From: Fibrobacteria bacterium
Lineage (GTDB): Bacteria; Fibrobacterota; Fibrobacteria; UBA11236
Direction: 5' to 3'
Length of the DNA: 64,000 nucleotides
NCBI GenBank assembly: GCA_041746255.1
Contig: JBGTHM010000083.1
Coordinates: 1 to 64,000, forward strand
In this document: piece after piece, positions 58,149 through 64,000 of the stretch
Layout of the letters: each line of letters starts with the position of its first letter
Numbering within the stretch: the first letter of the stretch is position 1
Made by a program: the position numbers and the translations under genes
Notes under the pieces: generated by a model
What the model saw: the letters and a program-made list of their open reading frames with translations, nothing else
Told to the model about the DNA's origin: nothing
Databases searched by the model: none

Positions 58149-58345
58149 TCATGCATAATTCTTCATTTCCGTCAGGGTTCTTTTGGACTTGTGGATTACA
58201 TAGTTGTCCAAGCTGATATGCACCTTTTTGGCTTTTCGATATGTCGATCTCAAGTGGCGGACAAGGTCCAGAAAAAGGTCGGAATTTTTCCTATCACCGC
58301 TTACGTAGCACGCCGCCGCCGTACTGGAATCCGCAAAGTGGGCTT
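58149..58345 (-). mobile_element. IS630-family transposase fragment
   Basis: YVSGDRKNSDLF...L...YRKAKKVH..LDNY.IHKS, the DDE_3-type signature. Confidence 0.7.
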
Positions 58346-58583
58346 TTGTCGCACCATTGTAGGAGTTCTCTGAAACACAGATGAGGGTGTAAAATTCCTC
58401 AAAAACCAATGACATCAATGGGGATTTCAGGTTCAATGCATTTGCCATCCGTGTCAATAAAGTTGCCTGATAAAACGGTATTTAATAATTTAATGTCCAT
58501 TTATAAGGTGTTTTAATGACTTATAGGCCTTTTTTAACCCAAAATATGTTGCCCACAATTAAATTTCCAACAGGATTTATCGG

Positions 58584-58611
58584 TTGACATGGGTGAATTC
58601 CCCGCTATATT
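58584..58611 (+). promoter_or_regulatory. Sigma70-like promoter
   Basis: TTGACA-16 nt-TATATT. Confidence 0.55.
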
Positions 58612-59014
58612 AGCAGAATAAGGCGGTTGGCGAGGTGGCCAAGGCAGAGTGTATGGGTCAAGAGCTAAGGGTAGTTGACCAAAAAAAAGTCCGATGTCAT
58701 GAGTTAGGGATTTTGATGGGCTACGATGACAATTTTAGTCCCCCAGGTTGATTCTGAAAAAACCTTTCGTCCGGAAAAATCGGGAACATTGAGGTCCGGA
58801 TCCTCTTCGTCATAGGTGCGGTAATGGAAGTAAAGGCGGCCGATGGTTTTGATGGTTATACCCAGGAAGCCTTTCCGATGGGTAAAATCAAAACGGCTCC
58901 AGGCTTTTCCTTTGTAACTGAAGGATATGCCCTGCGTCCGCCCGGGATATCTTTGCACCGCATTCATAATCGGGACGCACGGACAGTGAATAATGAAACA
59001 CGGAGACAACTTTC

Positions 59015-60832
59015 ATGACCAAATATTTTCTAATCATTGTCCTGGGATATTTCGCCATAACCCATGGTGATACACCCAATGTCATTCTTATCTATACAGA
59101 TGACGTTGGCTATGGCGATGTGGGATTCAACGGTGGGTTGATTCCCACTCCCAATCTGGACAAGATGGCCGGTGAAGGGCTCAATTTCACGGATTTTCAT
59201 ACAACTTCGTCTACATGCACACCTTCGCGACTTGCGCTTTTGACGGGGATATATCCCTGGCGTCAAGCAGGATCCGGTATTGCAAACCCCACAGCGCCCC
59301 TCAAAATATCTCCGGATTCCTATACATTAGCCGATCTATTCAAAGATGCCGGCTATACCACCGGAGTGGTGGGCAAATGGCATTTGGGATTGGGAGGTCA
59401 GGGTGGACCCAATTACGCGGGAGAAGTAAAACCAGGTCCATTGGAAATAGGATTTGATGAATCCTTTTTGCTGCCTTCGACAGGGGATCGGGTTCCTTCG
59501 GTTTTTGTTGAAGGCCACCGTGTCGTAAATGCAGACCCCGATGACCCTATATCCATTGGAGGACGCTCCGTTCTGGATATAAAAAACGTTACCCAATATC
59601 CTGTGGGAGTTGATAACCCGGCTTCCAAAACCTTTTACGAATCCAACGCTGGTCACTCCCAGACCGTGATTAACGGTATCGGAAGAATAGGTTTTATGGC
59701 AGGGGGTAAAAAAGCCCTTTGGAAAGATGAGGATATCGCCGATGACTTGGTAACCCGGGCCAAAAAATTCATCGGTGATCATAAATCCAAACCGTTTTTC
59801 CTGTATTTTTCCACCCACGACATACATGTACCAAGGGTACCCCATCCGCGCTTCAGAGGTATCAGTGGAATGAGTTACCGGGGTGATGCCATGGTACAAC
59901 TCGACTGGTGCGTGGGGGAAATCCGCAAAACTCTTGAAGCCCACGGCCTGGACAAAAATACCCTGGTGATATTTTCGAGTGACAACGGGCACGAGCTGCA
60001 CGATGGTTATGTTGACTTCGCCGAGGACAGTCTGGGAAATCATAACCCAGGCGGACCATTCAGGGGAGGCAAGTACTCGGTTTATGAAGGCGGTACTGTG
60101 GTGCCCACTTTTTTCTGGTGGCCTGGAAAGATCGAGCCCCGCACATCGAATGCCTTTTTAAGCCAAATAGATATTTTTGCCTCTTTTGCTCATTTCTTTA
60201 AAAAGGAGCTACCCGAAGATGCAGCCAGAGACAGTGAAAATCATTGGTCCGCATTTATGGGTCATACTGAGAAGGGAAAAGAACTGTTGGTTGTCAATGG
60301 CAGCGGATCAAATGGAAAAGCCATAAGAGTCGGGTATAATAAAGTAATGCTGGATGCGGAAGAAGCGTTTGATTTGAAAGAGGATCCCGGTGAAAAGAAG
60401 AATATTTACCACTCGAATAAGAAGATGGTTGATTCACTTAAATCAATCTATAAAAAAGTGGAAACCTCTTCGTATTCTCCACCTCAACCCATTATAGTCG
60501 GATGCATGGATTCCAATTACCGTGAATACGACGACCGGGTCAATGTTGAGGATAAAAGGCTGTGTAAGGTACCCCTGAGTACGTTTGCACATATTAAGAA
60601 GGGGAACGCTTCTGTAAACATGGGTTTTAGGTCGGGAAAGCTACAGATAGTGTCGCCCGGTAAGTTTAATTTATCGATTTACAACCTATTAGGTGATAAG
60701 GCAGTTCACTATGAGGGCAATGGGATTCAGGAGTTCAATCTGAATAATCAATTTTCACCCGGTAACTATCTAGTGATTTTTAAATCGGAAAAGCACAGGA
60801 TTTTGAGTAGAATCCCGATTGGAATTGAATAA
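59015..60832 (+). CDS. Secreted arylsulfatase with GCM module and CTD
   Basis: DDVGYGD, CTPSR, GKWHLG, DIHVPR.PHPRF, SDNG, GGKYS.YEGG. YNLLG...PGNYL tail. Confidence 0.9.
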   Translation: MTKYFLIIVLGYFAITHGDTPNVILIYTDDVGYGDVGFNGGLIPTPNLDKMAGEGLNFTDFHTTSSTCTPSRLALLTGIYPWRQAGSGIANPTAPLKISPDSYTLADLFKDAGYTTGVVGKWHLGLGGQGGPNYAGEVKPGPLEIGFDESFLLPSTGDRVPSVFVEGHRVVNADPDDPISIGGRSVLDIKNVTQYPVGVDNPASKTFYESNAGHSQTVINGIGRIGFMAGGKKALWKDEDIADDLVTRAKKFIGDHKSKPFFLYFSTHDIHVPRVPHPRFRGISGMSYRGDAMVQLDWCVGEIRKTLEAHGLDKNTLVIFSSDNGHELHDGYVDFAEDSLGNHNPGGPFRGGKYSVYEGGTVVPTFFWWPGKIEPRTSNAFLSQIDIFASFAHFFKKELPEDAARDSENHWSAFMGHTEKGKELLVVNGSGSNGKAIRVGYNKVMLDAEEAFDLKEDPGEKKNIYHSNKKMVDSLKSIYKKVETSSYSPPQPIIVGCMDSNYREYDDRVNVEDKRLCKVPLSTFAHIKKGNASVNMGFRSGKLQIVSPGKFNLSIYNLLGDKAVHYEGNGIQEFNLNNQFSPGNYLVIFKSEKHRILSRIPIGIE

Positions 60833-60952
60833 AATCCCGGTGATTTAAAGTGTCTGTGCAACCTGCGAATTTGTTCGACAATTAATTAAATCAGAATAAC
60901 CCAGAAGGAATCTGGAATCATAATTCATCAGGTTCCGAAAAAGGCTGAACGA

Positions 60953-61834
60953 ATGAAAATCGGAATAAATATTTTGCTTTGGGCTTTAAAGTTAAAAGAA
61001 GAAAACCGCCCATTGCTGGATAAAATTAAGCGCGCTGGATATGATGGGGTGGAAATTCCTGTTTTTGAACCCGATGTAGAATATTGCAAAACAGCGGCCA
61101 GGTATGCGCGTGAGGCCGGTCTTGAACTGACGGCAATTACTTCGGTGACACCGGAAGCGAACCCCTGCCATAGTGATTCTGCGGTTCGGCAAAAAAGCCT
61201 AGACCATCTAAAAGGGGTATTGGATTCTGTAGCAGAACTTGGCGCTTCAATTCTCGGCGGACCCTTTCATTCCTGCTTTAAGGAATTTACAGGGGTTCCG
61301 CCGACTATGGATGAAATACAATGGTCGTCAGAGGTGCTGCGCAAGGCAACGGAATATGGGGAGCAATATCGAATAGAATTGGCTCCGGAAGCCCTCAATC
61401 GATTTGAATGCTATCTGATAAACACAGCCAAGCAGGCCTGTGATTTGGCTAAAGTTGTGGATCACCCCAATTTTGGATATCACCATGATACGTTTCACGC
61501 CAATATAGAAGAGAAGAGTACGCCTAGCGCTATCCTTTCTTCCGGAAAATATATCAAGCACGTACACATCAGCGAAAATGACAGAGGCACTCCGGGCAAA
61601 GGCCAGATTAAGTTTTCGGAAATATTTCAAGCGCTAAAAGAAATCAAATACGATAACTGGCTTACAATCGAAGCATTTGCGCCAGGCGTAAAAGATTTCT
61701 CCAACCATATCAATGTTTGGCGGGAGTACTCCCCCGAAGATGAAATACTTAATCAAGGCCTAAGTTTTATCAGGAAATTTTGGTATGCAGAGCACGATTT
61801 CGAAAGCCAAGTGCCAAGAGTAAAAATGCTTTAA
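60953..61834 (+). CDS. Ketose 3-epimerase-like sugar phosphate isomerase/epimerase (cytoplasmic)
   Basis: GYDGVEIP, EALNRFE, DTFHANIEE, HVHISENDRG.PG.G, IEAF. Confidence 0.88.
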   Translation: MKIGINILLWALKLKEENRPLLDKIKRAGYDGVEIPVFEPDVEYCKTAARYAREAGLELTAITSVTPEANPCHSDSAVRQKSLDHLKGVLDSVAELGASILGGPFHSCFKEFTGVPPTMDEIQWSSEVLRKATEYGEQYRIELAPEALNRFECYLINTAKQACDLAKVVDHPNFGYHHDTFHANIEEKSTPSAILSSGKYIKHVHISENDRGTPGKGQIKFSEIFQALKEIKYDNWLTIEAFAPGVKDFSNHINVWREYSPEDEILNQGLSFIRKFWYAEHDFESQVPRVKML

Positions 61835-61962
61835 CCGGAGGATGATGCTAGTGTTGAAAATACTGATTTATGCAAGTATTTGTTCGCGACAATTAATTTG
61901 TACTGATGCCAATTTTATTAATAGAAAACAACACCTGTAACACATTTTGTTTTGGAGGCTTT

Positions 61963-63768
61963 ATGCTGAAACTCGCCATATACTTACTACTTTTGGTTCC
62001 CGGTTTTGTTGCAGGTCAAACTAATTGTCGCCAGCCGAAATCGAATGATTTCCGTGTAACTACCCTTGTCGATATTAATATGGGGCTTCAGGATGTCAAA
62101 GGACCCGTACAGATTGCCGTTGCTCCGGACGGACGGGTATTTGTTGCGAAAATGGGAGGTGAAATTCGGGTTTATACCCCCACCAAAAACAATCCGTCCA
62201 ATGTAACCTTGGCTACAAAAATCCCCACTTATCACCAAACGGAAGACGGACTACTGGGCATTGTTCTGGACAGTAAATTCTCTACAAATAATTGGATTTA
62301 TGCGTTCTATTCCGATCCATGTGGACTCAATTGCCCTGAACGGGCTATGGAGCTGGCCCGCTTCACCATAACCGAAAACAATGAATTTATCAATAAAAAA
62401 ATCATACTTCGTTTTCCACGAGCAAGGGATGATAATCGCCACGCATCGGGAGGGCTTAGTATCACATCGGACGGTGTGTTGGTTTTTGGTACTGGGGATA
62501 ATGTTAAACCCCAAGATGAAACTAACGCTGGATATGGGCCCATTTTCACGGGCAGAACAACTGCTGATGCGCAAATGACCTCTTCCAATACGAATGACTT
62601 GCGGGGGAAGGTGATCCGAATCAAACCTTTGTCTTTCTCGGATTCCGAAAACCCGGTACCTGGAATTGGAACCACTTATGAGATTCCCAGTGGAAACCTT
62701 TGGGAAAAAATCAATGATATTTCATTTAACCCTAATTGGGATGCCAGTGATGATATCAATCTGGTTCGCAAAGAAGTTTACGCGTATGGGGTCCGCAATC
62801 CTTACCGTGTTCGTGTAGATTCCAAAACCGGTTGGGTGTTTTGGGGCGATGTTGGCCCTGATGCCCAAGAAGTAAGTGAAACACGTGGACCCAATGGACA
62901 CGATGAATGGAATCTTGCTACCGAGCCGGGGTTTTTCGGACACCCCTATTGCAATGGCTATAATGTTCCTTATAATAGGCTGCTTACCGAAGACCCTCCG
63001 ACCTATGGCTCAACTTTTGATTGTGCAGACCTGGTAAATGAATCCCGCAACAATACCGGTATTCGGCACCTGCCGCCTGCTGTTTCTGCATTGGTAGCCT
63101 ATGCTGCCGGGAACAGCACTGACGATGATCCTAGGTTCAATAGCAACTCTGATTGGACGAAAATTAAGCATGAGCGCGAAACGGCAATAGGGGGTCCGAT
63201 GTATCGATACGATCCCGGTTTAAATTCTTCAGTCAAATTCCCGCCATACTACGAAGGGAAAGTTTTCTTTTTTGATTGGAATCGGAAAATTTTACGTTGG
63301 ATAACCTTAAATCCAGATGGAACCATCCCAAAAGGGAATGCCGGTGTGGAAAATTTTGAGGCTCCTGGCCTGCCTACCGAAAGCTATATCGACGCTCAAT
63401 TTGGACCAGAAGGCGCCTTGTACATGTTAAAATACAGTCAGAGCGGATATACAATTGGAACTGGTCCGCAATTATTCAAGGTTGAATATACGGGACCACA
63501 AGACACGGAATGCTATAAGCCTTTTGAAGCTGAAGGAGGAACCAATTCCCTGGCATCACAGCCTTCAGGACATCAGTTGCTTTCACCCGGGTTCTCAGTT
63601 TCACAAAAGTTTCATCGAATTCCAAGTGGCTATCGCACCCTGGTTTTGTATGACATTACCGGTCGTGTAGTCTGGAACTACCGTCGAACGACCTCAGTTG
63701 GGAGTGAAAAGGTATCTATACCTGCGGGCTTGACCGTAGGGGTATTATGGGCAAAGGTATTTCCATAA
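61963..63768 (+). CDS. PQQ-dependent sugar dehydrogenase family, secreted, with CTD
   Basis: GGAGG RBS; EDGLLGI, NTNDLRGKVIRI, GVRNPYR, GDVGPDA. Paralog of 9332-11077. Confidence 0.82.
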   Translation: MLKLAIYLLLLVPGFVAGQTNCRQPKSNDFRVTTLVDINMGLQDVKGPVQIAVAPDGRVFVAKMGGEIRVYTPTKNNPSNVTLATKIPTYHQTEDGLLGIVLDSKFSTNNWIYAFYSDPCGLNCPERAMELARFTITENNEFINKKIILRFPRARDDNRHASGGLSITSDGVLVFGTGDNVKPQDETNAGYGPIFTGRTTADAQMTSSNTNDLRGKVIRIKPLSFSDSENPVPGIGTTYEIPSGNLWEKINDISFNPNWDASDDINLVRKEVYAYGVRNPYRVRVDSKTGWVFWGDVGPDAQEVSETRGPNGHDEWNLATEPGFFGHPYCNGYNVPYNRLLTEDPPTYGSTFDCADLVNESRNNTGIRHLPPAVSALVAYAAGNSTDDDPRFNSNSDWTKIKHERETAIGGPMYRYDPGLNSSVKFPPYYEGKVFFFDWNRKILRWITLNPDGTIPKGNAGVENFEAPGLPTESYIDAQFGPEGALYMLKYSQSGYTIGTGPQLFKVEYTGPQDTECYKPFEAEGGTNSLASQPSGHQLLSPGFSVSQKFHRIPSGYRTLVLYDITGRVVWNYRRTTSVGSEKVSIPAGLTVGVLWAKVFP

Positions 63769-63793
63769 GCAAAACGGGTGAATACGGAAGAGA

Positions 63794-63926
63794 TGAGCCG
63801 CCCCGGGACTCCCGGAGACAAGTTATCTTGAGAGGAAGAATTAACTTGTCTATGAAATGGTATTCACCAGAAGTCAAAGAACGGGCGGTTCGGTTGCTTT
63901 TCGAGCATCAGGGAATCACTATTTGA
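63794..63926 (+). mobile_element. IS3-family (IS629/IS51-like) left end with truncated orfA
   Basis: TGAGCCGCCCCGGGACTCCCGGAGAC resembles the IS629-type left inverted repeat, followed by MKWYSPEVKERAVRLLFEHQ and an early stop. Confidence 0.75.
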
Positions 63927-64000
63927 ATGCTATATCGGGATTTTCCGCAGCGGGCCGATTTCTAAAGGATGTAGATAGGAATTCCTCTCCCAGCTACCTA

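Noticed and set aside
58704..59018. Short ORFs 58704-59009 (-) and 58824-59018 (+)
   Set aside because: No recognisable motifs or clear RBS. They could be relics but cannot be supported.

Overview
A 64-kb accessory region from a bacterium, most likely Fibrobacterota; this is inferred from a TIGR02147-type gene followed by a DUF2341/LamG lipoprotein and from many secreted proteins with short T9SS-like C-terminal sorting domains (CTDs). Most of the window is a secreted glycan-processing set: 7 intact Cys-type sulfatases (3 in a tandem array), 7 beta-propeller sugar-dehydrogenase-like proteins, a diheme and an octaheme cytochrome c, DUF1080, DUF5722, BNR-4 and DUF1593 proteins, and two TIM-barrel epimerases/isomerases. 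Embedded in it are a tightly coupled 7-gene biosynthetic operon (GH3 amide ligase, two B12-dependent radical SAM enzymes, a lipoprotein, a His-box desaturase/hydroxylase and two GNAT-like proteins), a CheB/CheR hybrid kinase, and many deletion-riddled relics (two sulfatases, TIGR02147, scpA, DUF1028, IS630, IS3). An 18-bp palindrome, TGTWTTTTWWAAAAWACA, recurs in about 9 intergenic positions, including at almost identical spacing upstream of both TIGR02147 copies, which suggests an undescribed regulon. All family assignments come from motif recognition by eye; no database searches were run.
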